DNA of 64,000 nt from Lytechinus pictus. Its lineage: Eukaryota. A program made the position numbers and the translations under genes. A model generated the notes under the pieces. The model saw nothing but the letters and a program-made list of their open reading frames with translations, was not told the DNA's origin and made no database searches. The DNA lies in assembly GCF_037042905.1 (NCBI RefSeq), contig NC_087251.1:24616001-24680000 (forward strand), in the 5' to 3' direction. This document shows positions 53,659 through 64,000 of this stretch, in pieces. The first letter of the stretch is position 1; every line of letters begins with the position of its first letter.

Positions 53659-56004
53659 CATGGGCGGAAATCCCAGGGGGGACAGGGGGGACGTGTCCCC
53701 CCTACTCAAAATAGTAGGGGGGACACAATATCAAATGTCCCCCCTACTATTTTTTGTCGTTTATGATGGTAAGAAATACATCATTCTAAATCGAAATAAA
53801 ACATGTATTTTGGGACGAGTTGGGACGAGATGACCGAACTTTTGGGATGATAACCTTTTTTTTGCTTGTCAAATTTCCCCGCCCCTTGTCCCCATAAGCA
53901 GATCCAGGGGGCCGAGCCCCCCCCCCCCCCCCATTGGCGGAGCAAAAAAAGAAAAAGGGAAAGAAAGAAGGAAAAAGGATAAAAGGAGGGAAAGAGAGGA
54001 GAAAAAGAAGAGAAGGACGACGAGTGCATGAAATAAGATGAGGGGAAGACTTCGAAGATAAAAAGAATCTTTCGTGCCACTATATAAAATTTTCGTTCGC
54101 GCTTCGCGCTCGCATTGCCTGTTAGGTATTTTACATATCTTGTTCAATATGGAGCTGAAATATCAAGTTTGGAAGTCAATATACAAAACATATTTCACCT
54201 CGGAAATCGAACTTTCATTATTTTGTGTGATTTACAAATTGATTTTTAAAAAGTGCTCTTTAAAAATATTCGTTTTATGGTCTGAATAATTTTATCAACA
54301 TTTGCTGCTTGCGCTGCGTGCTCGCAAATTTTTATTTATCATGCAGGTACCTATTATTTTCGTGTATTCCATAAAGTTTTCGAAATGTCCCGTTTCGGGT
54401 CTTATTTTCAAGAGGTATCAGCTAGCGCTGCGCGCTGGCATTTTGATTGGCGAGTTATGTATGTTTCAATATTGATTATACAACAAACTACTTAAAATCC
54501 CATTTCCATGACAGTTTATCAAAAATTTTAGCTCGCGATTTGCGCTCGCATTAATGGTTAAAAATATATTAACTGATGCATCCTATTCATAATTACATGA
54601 ATTACAGTTTTTATGCCATAATATCATCAGATTTCGCGCCCTCATTAGGCATTAATAAATATGATATTAATTTAATAATTAAATTGTCCGTTTTGTTTCA
54701 TCTCGCGCTTAGCAAGAGGAATAGGAAGATAGTCATCATTTTCATGACATGTCGTAAGGATGTCCCAGTCCTATGTCAAAACTCAAAGTAATAATATTGA
54801 AAATTTTAGCTCTTTTTTTTAAGTGCGATCCATATCCATCTTACAATTTTCCTACAAAGTGCTTGAAATATAAAGCTGTAATTGACTCTTTTTCCAGATC
54901 GGAATATCAAAGTTTCATGATTTTCATGATTAAAGATGTATTTAGAATGCCTAGATTCTTTAGGTTTATATAACTCTATGGTCTAAATATGAAACACGCG
55001 CGCGCATGTTTATTCAAATACTCAACTTGTTCTCTATTTAAATCATTATCCAGTTTCAGATCACAATATCAACATTTTTCTGCTCGCGCTTTGTGCTCGC
55101 ATTATTAATGTAGGAAGACCCCCTATTACTCATCCTTTTCATGATTTACAAAACATTGATTTTGATTGATTTATTTTTATCTAAACACGGTAAAAAGCCC
55201 TCGATCAGCCTATGGCTGTTTACAAAACATGAACAGAGTGGCCTATTTTTAGGTCTAAATCTCGATTTTTTTTCTGCTCGCGCTTCGCGCTCGCATCAAT
55301 TGTTGAATTATATAGCTATCCTGTTCACGATTACAAAAATTGATTAAAATTTTCCATTCTTTCTTTAGAAATTTTCAAAAATTTTCAGCTCGCGCTTCAC
55401 GCTCGCATTTTTTGATTGTTGAAATATGTAACGCCTTCATGGCTAAGTGCAAGCAGTCCTTAACAGGTACCTTTTCTACAGGTACCAGTTCAAAACGTAT
55501 ATCAAAAATTTCTGCTCGCACTTTGCGCTCGCATTATCAATACTCATCCTCATCAATTGTCTACTTGTATACCTATTCTGCTTGAGTTACAAAAAGTGCT
55601 TAGAATTTCCATTCTTTAGGTGAAAATGTCCCCAAAAAAATCAGCTCGCGCTTCGCGCTCGCATTATTTGATTGTTAAATGCTAACTGCACGCAGTCTTT
55701 AACAAACATTGCCCAGAATGTTCAAATTTTAGGAAAAAATACATAAAATTTTCAAAAAATTAGCTCGCGCTTCGGGCTCGCATCATATAAATAATGATTA
55801 TGATATTATATATCAATTTATAAGAATAAAGCTAAGAAGTGACTAATGAGGACTACCCCTTCAAAGAAACAAACACAAATCATCTTCGAGCTGCCGATCG
55901 GGGAAAATATGGCTGAAACAAATTTCCGCCTCCCCCCCCCCTATTGGCGAAGGCTGGATCCGCCCCTGTGTCCCCCTACCTTTTGGGAGAGATTTCCGCC
56001 CCTG
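53659..56004. mobile_element. hAT-type MITE with a nested 2-kb element (53893-55968)
   Basis: Outer TIRs CATGGGCGGAAATC / GATTTCCGCCCCTG with TSD TTAACAAC; inner TIRs CATAAGCAGATCCAG / CTGGATCCGCCCCTG flanked by TGTCCC(CC). Confidence 0.85.
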
Positions 56005-57136
56005 TTAACAACTAAATAAATTTGTGGAATCATGATCCATCAATCAGAAATGTATAAAGTGAAGTGACATTGACAAAGGAATCGAGGTTTGGAGTTGTTT
56101 AATCAACCATCCAATCAACACCTTATCAATTAATATCCATCTCTCGAAATTGCCAAGTTGCGATGTAATCATAGTCGAGTGAATAGCATATTGCTTGCTC
56201 ACAGTATACGATTTCACGACACATTCGTGTATACGCCCCGCTCCATCACAAACACAATAATCTTCTCCAAACCGTGCATCCATTTCGTCTTTTGGTGCTA
56301 ACTGTTCAAGAGTGGGAATCAGTCAGTTACCATCCATATCCCCATTTCGAGTCTTATTGGTGAGATCTACTGACGTAATCGTTGAGAGTTTGGGGATGGC
56401 TTAACAAGATCATATTTCCCCCCTCAAATTTCCTTGAATATCTGGTTGATTCAACCCTTTTTACATACAAGTTCTATGATACTGAATAATGTCATGTTTC
56501 ATTCGCTCACTTCGCTCGCTTGCAAATTATCAGCCATAGAGCACCCTAATGGAAATGTTGCCCCCTCCCTGTTTCAGCTTCATGTAAGCTAATTAAAGCA
56601 ATACAGTGTTGGCGTGTCAGAGAATGATTTTTGCCCGGGATTTCTGCGGCTGTTGAAGATTGCCCTATCCATCATGATAAGTGTCCAGAGCAAATTTACG
56701 AAACACTCGAAAGCTGAAGTTTATAATGGCTCTATTATAAACCATAATAAAAGAAGAAGAAACAGTATCTGAGATAGTCCTTAATCTTCTCTAGAAGAGA
56801 CTCCCCTCCTGTGGCATCATAGGCTTCGACAATTATTCTGTGTGTCTCTTACAAAATATATAAAATATATAGAGACAGGGACAATACCCACAACTGTACT
56901 TTAACTTGTTGAGTAATTGTTCCAAGTATGTACTCAAACAGGGGAAGTGGGTTTCCAATAATCCATGAAAATAAGATACCACCGCAACACCGCCAAAAAT
57001 AGAAAAAAGAAATGTGAAACAAATAGATAATCCAGTCTGAAATAGGTATCCATCCTTCCAACTATCCTTTACTAAATGACAATGTATTCACCAATGCCGC
57101 CATATTCTTCTTCATCGTCCTCCTTCTCCTCTCTAC

Positions 57137-57283
57137 CATCATCATCATCACCACCGCCACTACCATCCTCTTCCTCCTCATCATCACCACCACCACCACC
57201 ATCATCACCACCATCATCATCATCACCACCACCACCACCATCATCACCACCATCATCATCATCACCACCACCACCACCATAAC

Positions 57284-57315
<32 letters not shown>

Positions 57316-57330
57316 CCATTGCCATCATCA
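57137..57330. repeat. (CAT/CAC)n microsatellite
   Basis: Seen directly. Confidence 0.95.
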
Positions 57331-57407
57331 AACTATTTATTTACATATTGTTTGTTAATTATTAAACAATTTGGTAATCTGGGTGTGGTGGGTGGGTCAT
57401 TAAAAAA

Positions 57408-58383
57408 AACAAGTGGAATGCCTCTGGCCGTCTCACCTGCATCACGCGATTCAATATAGCAGCAGTGCTGATTTTGAAAACTACTATAACTCGCACAAGA
57501 TGTTCAGTGATACTTGGTTACTCTTATTTCCACGTTTTATGAACTAGACCAATACACTTATAGAGATATGATGGCAATTCAACAAATACCCCCAACGTGG
57601 CCAAAGTTCTTTGACCTTACATGACCTTTGACCTTGATCATGTGACCTGAAACTCGCACAGGATGTTCAGTGATACTTGATTACTATTATGTCCAAGTTT
57701 TATGAACTAGACCAACACACTTTCAAATTTATGGCTGTAATTCAACAAATACCCCAATTTGGTCAAAGTTCATTGACCCTAAATGACCTTTGACCTTGAT
57801 CATGTGACCTGAAACTTGCACAGGATGTTCAGTAATACTTGATTACTATTATGTCCAAGTTTCATGAATCAGATCCATAAACTTTCAAAGTTATGATGGT
57901 AATTCAACAGATACCCCCAATTCGGCCAAAGTTCATTGACCCTAAATGACCTTTGACCTTGGTCATGTGACGTGAAACTCATGCAGGATATTCAGTGATA
58001 CTTGATTAACCTTATGTATAAGTTTCATGAACTAGGTCCATATATTTTCTAAGTTATGATGACATTTCAAAAACTTAACCTTAGGTTAAGATTTTGATGT
58101 TGATTACCCCAACATGGTCTAAGTTCATTGACCCTAAATGACCTTTGACCTTGGTCATGTGACATGAAAGTCAGGCAGGATGTTCAGTAATACTTGATTA
58201 ACCTTATGGCCAAGTTTCATGAACTAGGTCCATATACTTTCTAAGTTATGCTGTCATTTCAAAAACTTAACCTCAGGTTAAGATTTGGTGTTGACGCCGC
58301 CGTCGCCGCCGCCGCCGCCGCCGCCGTCGCCGTCGGAAAAGCGGCGCCTATAGTCTCACTCTGCTATGCAGGTGAGACAAAAA
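57408..58383 (-). mobile_element. DINE-1/HINE-like (Helentron-associated) non-autonomous element
   Basis: 13-bp subterminal inverted repeats GTCTCACCTGCAT (57430-57442 / 58366-58378), adjacent partial IR, (GCC)n tract, five central repeats of about 160-190 bp, A/T-run flanks. Confidence 0.7.
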
Positions 58384-60479
58384 CTCACCAGAATAAGGGG
58401 TTAGTTTCTTGGGGAACAAATTTCGATGATGCGGCTTCTATTGCCAGAAATATCCTCTTTTTCTGATAAAGTTTACTCAAGTTTAAATTGCTAATGATTA
58501 AAATGACTATTACCGGACATTTACAAATCTCAAATAAACATCGTTGGTTTGAAATATAATCACCATGGTTATAAAAGTATATAGGATTTATAGAGAAAGG
58601 GTGGGCTGTGATAGACGAATATTTTTGTGAAGATTTGGTTGCTTCGATCAAGAACCGTTGATACTACAGTAAGTAGGGTCGTCAGATTTGGCATCTTCAC
58701 CATCATCATTCATCAATTTATATGAATTTAAAATCACTGAATTCTAATCAAAATGGGAAAAAAGTAAAATGGCTTGAAAATGGTACAACTGGTAAGGCTC
58801 TCCATCATCAGCCCTGCCATCATCATCATCATCATCATGACCACCACTTACTGCCATCATCATTCCTAGGTTTGGGAATTTTTATTTATCAATTGTCACT
58901 TGTCAGCACGCGTTCTATCCTCTTTTTTTGTTGTTGATACAAAGTAGGTCAAACATTTTTATAAATCAGAATTTTTAATAACATCCTCATGCCACAAACC
59001 AATGTAAATGGTAAGCTTTAACTCTTAAATACCTTCCTGAGATGAAGTCCATGTTAAATCTAATATTGTGTAATGTATTATGAATTGGGCCCCATTACCC
59101 CCATCCCCTTCCTTCGACTTATACACACAATGCAATGTTTTAAAAACTTAAATAGGCTTGTTCATGCACTGGGAAACTAAAATAAAAGAACATCTTAACT
59201 ATTTAGAATAAAGAGATTGTTCACAGATAAACAGGCAAATGCAACAATCTTGTACAATATCAACAGATTTAATATTTCCTCTTCATAAAAGTACAATTAT
59301 TTTTACTTTATGTTATTAAATACTAAAATACATGGCAACTTCTTCCATCATTACAATATAAGCACAAAACATGTATTCTACAACACAGAAGTGACACACA
59401 AGAATTGTTTCTTCCAGTTTTTAAATTACATACCTAGCCTTACTGGCCTGAATTCTCGAAAGAGGTTTTGATTGTACCATACTAATAAACCTTGAAGTAT
59501 GCAGATTTTTGTACATAAGTGTGCTTATTTCATTGCATACACCAAGAAAATATCCAATCAAATGCATGCTTTTCACAAAGGCCACTATAAAAGGGAAGCG
59601 TAAATATACAAGAAATCTGCATCATCCATGGATCTGTACCTTGGTACAATTGAAACCCCCAAGGCCCACTGTGTTGTTGTTATTTTAGCTTATACGGCGC
59701 AAATCATTCAGTAGTGAATATTTGCACCAGCATAATTTGCGGTAATTGTTATATAACTAGGTTTCATTCATGCCAGCCTTAATACAAGGCAAAGTTAATA
59801 GGGTTACATGTCCATGCTGTGAAGAGCCTGGGAGGAGACTACCAATGAAGAGCAAGCTTGGATGGGTAGGCACTTATGATCCAAGTTTGAAAGGAGACTC
59901 GTAAAATGACGTCAGTCTCGCCGATGAATATTCATTAGATCGTGGTCGTGCGTGTTCAATACACACTGCGTGCAGGCATGCAGATAGTTATATGCGAGGA
60001 ACTTTGGCTCCAGAGACAAGTTGTCAAATAACGTGTGTGTGTGTGCGTGTGTGTACCATCGGCTGGTAGTATGCCATGCTGTCTAAGACTTCAAACGCGT
60101 CGGATTCGGTAAAACGAAGTTTCCGATATAAAGAGATAATAAAATAACACTATGTACAGTACGCCCGGGGGGGCCACTTATATTGACGAGTGGATACCAT
60201 GCGCGACCCAAAAAACATGTCAAAAGGATGTCTTTTTCAAGAGAGGGCACGTTACGTATAACGTGATAAGGGTGTCAAAAACACAAAAATATTGAAAAAA
60301 GGGTATCTATTTCCAGTACGTCGAGGCAAATGTCAGATCAGGGGAGCAGGAGTACAATCAGGTTTTTTTAAAGGGAAGAATAGTGTAGAATAAAAGGTAT
60401 TATATATAGCCAAATGATCTAGGTGAGGGAAGTGAACAATGATGTTTAAAAAAAAAAGAATGAATATACCTTACCTGAA

Positions 60480-62247
60480 TATTATGGTGAAGCCAATTTA
60501 AAAGGAGGTGAGACAAGTTTCAATGGAGGTTTTAAAAAAGAATAAACTGTATTATGGTGAAGCCAATTTAAAAGGAGGTGAGGCAAGTTTTAATGGAGGT
60601 TTTTAAAAAGAATAAACTGTATTATGGTGAAGCCAATTTAAAAGGAGCTAGGTGAGGCAAGTTTCAATGGAGGTTTTTAAAAAGAATAAACTGTACTACA
60701 AATTATGGTGAAGCCAATTTAAAAGGAGGTGAGGCAAGTTTCAATTGAGGTTTTTAAAAAGAATAAACTGTACTACAAATTTAAAAGGAGGCGAGGCAAG
60801 TTTCAATGGAGGTTTTTAAAAAAGAATAAACTGTACTACAAATTATGGTGAAGCCAATTTAAAAGGAGGTGAGGCAAGTTTTAATGGAGGTTTTTAAAAA
60901 GAATAAACTGTATTATGGTGAAGCCAATTTAAAAGGAGGTGAGGCAAGTTTCAATGGAGGTTTTTAAAAAGAATAAACTGTACTACAAATTATGGTGAAG
61001 CCAATTTAAAAGGAGCTAGGTGAGGCAAGTTTTAATGGAGGTTTTTAAAAAGAATAAACTGTATTATGGTGAAGCCAATTTAAAAGGATGTGAGGCAAGC
61101 TTCAAAGGAGGTTTTTAAAAAGAATAAACTGTACTACAAATTATGGTGAAGCCAATTTAAAAGGAGGTGAGGCAAGTTTCAATGGAGCTTTTTAAAAAGA
61201 ATAAACTGTATATGGTGAAGCCAATTTAAAAGGAGGTGAGGCAAGTTTCAATGGAGGTTTTTAAAAAGAATAAACTGTATTATGGTGAAGCCAATTTAAA
61301 AGGAGGTGAGGCAAGTTTCAATGGAGGTTTTTAAAAAGAATAAACTGTACTACAAATTATGGTGAAGCCAATTTAAAAGGAGGTGAGGCAAGTTTCAATG
61401 GAGGTTTTTTAAAAGAATAAACTGTATATATGGTGAAGCCAATTTGAAAGGAGGTGAGGCAAGTTTCAATGGAGGTTTTTAAAAAGAATAAACTGTATTA
61501 TGGTGAAGCCAATTTAAAAGGAGGTGAGGCAAGTTTCAATGGAGGTTTTTAAAAAGAATAAACTGTACTACAAATTATGGTGAAGCCAATTTAAAAGGAG
61601 GTGAGGCAAGTTTCAATGGAGCTTTTTAAAAAGAATAAACTGTATATGGTGAAGCCAATTTAAAAGGAGGTGAGGCAAGTTTCAATGGAGGTTTTTAAAA
61701 AGAATAAACTGTATTATGGTGAAGCCAATTTAAAAGGAGGTGAGGCAAGTTTCAATGGAGGTTTTTAAAAAGAATAAACTGTACTACAAATTATGGTGAA
61801 GCCAATTTAAAAGGAGGTGAGGCAATTAGTTTCAATGGAGGTTTTTTAAAAGAATAAACTGTATATATGGTGAAGCCAATTTAAAAGGAGGTGAGGCAAG
61901 TTTCAATGGAGGTTTTTAAAAAGAATAAACTGTATTATGGTGAAGCCAGTTTAAAATAAGGAGGTGAGGCAAGTTTCAATGAAAGTTTTTAAAAAAGAAT
62001 AAACTGTACTACAAATTTAAAAGGAGGCGAGGCAAGTTTCAATGGAGGTTTTTAAAAAAGAATAAACTGTACTACAAATTATGGTGAAGCCAATTCAAAA
62101 GGAGGTGAGGCAAGTTTCAATGGAGGTTTTTAAAAAAGAATAAACTGTACTACAAATTATGGTGAAGCCAATTCAAAAGGAGGTGAGGCAAGTTTCAATG
62201 GAGGTTTTTAAAAAGAATAAACTGTATTATGGTGAAGCCAATTTAAA
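60480..62247. repeat. Tandem satellite, 70/78-bp monomer, about 24 copies
   Basis: TATTATGGTGAAGCCAATTTAAAAGGAGGTGAGGCAAGTTTCAATGGAGGTTTTTAAAAAGAATAAACTG repeated, with or without a TACTACAAAT variant. Confidence 0.97.
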
Positions 62248-62254
62248 TAAACAC

Positions 62255-62710
62255 TCAGTAAACAGAAGATAATTAGACAAATATATAGAAATTTATTGAA
62301 CAGTAAATGAATATAAAAATCATTTTCAATTTTTTTTTCTCTCTCTTTCATAGTAAGTTTTCTATGAATGGCCAAAAAAAACCAGTAAACAGAAGATAAT
62401 TATCGAGAGAAATATATAAGAAATTTATGGAACAGTAAATAAACATAGAAAATGGTTTTCAATATTTTTTTTACATTATGAGTTTTCTATGAATCGCAAA
62501 AAATAATAAACAGAAGATAATTAATTAGAGAAATATATAAGAAATTTATTGACCAGTTAAGAAACAGATAATCGTTTCAAATATTGTATTTTCTTTGCAG
62601 TAAGATTTCTATGAATGGCAACAAAAAGCAATAAACATAAGATAATTAATTCTAGAAATATATAATAAATTTATTGAAAAGTAAAATAAACATCGAAAAT
62701 TGTTTTTATC
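62255..62710. repeat. Degenerate tandem repeat of about 125 bp, 4 copies
   Basis: TAAACAGAAGATAATT...AAATTTATTGAA...TTTCTATGAAT recurs four times (last copy partial). Confidence 0.85.
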
Positions 62711-63315
62711 TTGTAATTTGTCTTCCTAGCAGTACAACTTTTGCTTCCATGATCAGAGCAGATCTAACATAGACTTTAGACAAAGCTCCATGTCTGATAT
62801 AACATGTATTTCATTGCCTGATGTCTCATGACATCGGGCATCAAAAGTGCGAATCGGCGCATCGGCATGCTCATGGATAATTCATAGCAAGCAGTAAAAG
62901 CAAAAATTTATAAGGCATCGCAACTGAAGTTGCTTGATCTCGCATGTGTCCGCGGGTTTTGCCATTTCTCTTCTTCGTCAAACTAACCTTATTTTAGCCA
63001 CTACTTGAAGAAGTCATGCTGCCTTGTCAAAAGGCTAGATCTAATAAATAAAGCATTATCTCCTTTGATGATGCGTCACCATTCACATTATGCAAATCCA
63101 GGTGAAGATCAATGCTGTGCTGTTTCTCTTTCATATTATAAACAATTTATTTTTTATGTGATAGCAAGATTGGTATTTTTACAAGCATTCTTTATTTTCT
63201 TCTTATGAAATTAATTTATACCCTGGGACACTGTTTGTGACTTTTTGTAGTAAATATTCAATGACTATGCAATTTGTGTAAAACAGGTATTTCTTTAAGG
63301 CAGTTGGCAGCTTAA

Positions 63316-63765
63316 AGGTCAAGTCCACCCCAGGAAAATGCTGACTTGAATAAATAGAGAAAATTCAAACTTGCATAATGCTGAAAATTTCATCAAAATC
63401 AAACGTAGAATAAGAAAGTTTTGACATTTTAAAGTTTCGCTTATTTTTGACAAAACAGTGATATACACAACAAGGTGAGTCAGTCGATGATGTCAATCAC
63501 TCACTATTTCGTTTGTTTTTTACTGTTTGAATTATACAATATTTCATTTTCTATAAATTTGACAATAAGGACCAACTTGACTGAACCATATAGTATTAAA
63601 CAAAGCTATAATTCCACATGTTCAGGGAGGAATTAATCGTTGTATCACTTGACATTGAGGAGAAAATTAGAATATTTCATATTTCCTATAATAAAATACA
63701 AAAGAAATAGTGAGAGGATGACGTCATCAGTCTCCTCAGGTGCATACAGACCAGGATGTGCATAT
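63316..63765. mobile_element. Right-truncated copy of the 24119-24721 family
   Basis: TTAA|AGGTCAAGTCCACCCC start; colinear similarity up to ACCAGGATG. Confidence 0.85.
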
Positions 63766-64000
63766 ATCCAGGTGAAGATCAATGCTGTGCTGTTTCTCTT
63801 TCATATTATAAACAATTTATTTTTTATGTGATAGCAAGATTGGTATTTTTACAAGCATTCTTTATTTTCTTCTTATGAAATTAATTTATACCCTGGGACA
63901 CTGTTTGTGACTTTTTGTAGTAAAAAGTTTTTCCCAGTTTTTCCCAGTTTTTCTGGGGGGGGGGGGGGGGGGTGGGAAGGGTAGATATTTTTAGGACGGG

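Noticed and set aside
57062..57331. Met/Val-rich and Ser/Pro-rich ORFs
   Set aside because: Translations of a CAT/CAC microsatellite.
60480..62247. CRISPR-like array
   Set aside because: No unique spacers, eukaryotic context and no cas genes; it is a plain tandem satellite.

Overview
AT-rich, repeat-dense metazoan genomic DNA. The repeat families look like sea urchin (Lytechinus-type), which is an inference from recalled repeat sequences. Two minus-strand protein-coding genes are supported. The first is the 5' part of a FEZ/UNC-76 (fasciculation and elongation protein zeta) gene, with four in-phase exons at 42667-42971, 9576-9684, 4218-4382 and 3552/3567-3678, a 33-kb first intron, and later exons not found here (probably left of the window). 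The second is a class A aminergic-type (histamine H3/muscarinic-like) GPCR with an uninterrupted CDS at 49919-51061. The rest is non-autonomous DNA transposons (hAT-type with 8-bp TSDs, TTAA/Kolobok-like, small palindromic MITEs), tRNA-SINEs, an L2/CR1 LINE fragment, a DINE-1/HINE-like element and tandem arrays. The most unusual observations are an apparent 7SL(Alu-domain)-headed chimeric SINE (5712-5886), a minimal type-I hammerhead ribozyme motif in a Penelope-like fragment on the sense strand of FEZ intron 1 (30107-30145), and periodic GCGAAGC mini-hairpin motifs filling the hAT-type elements. All coordinates were counted by hand.
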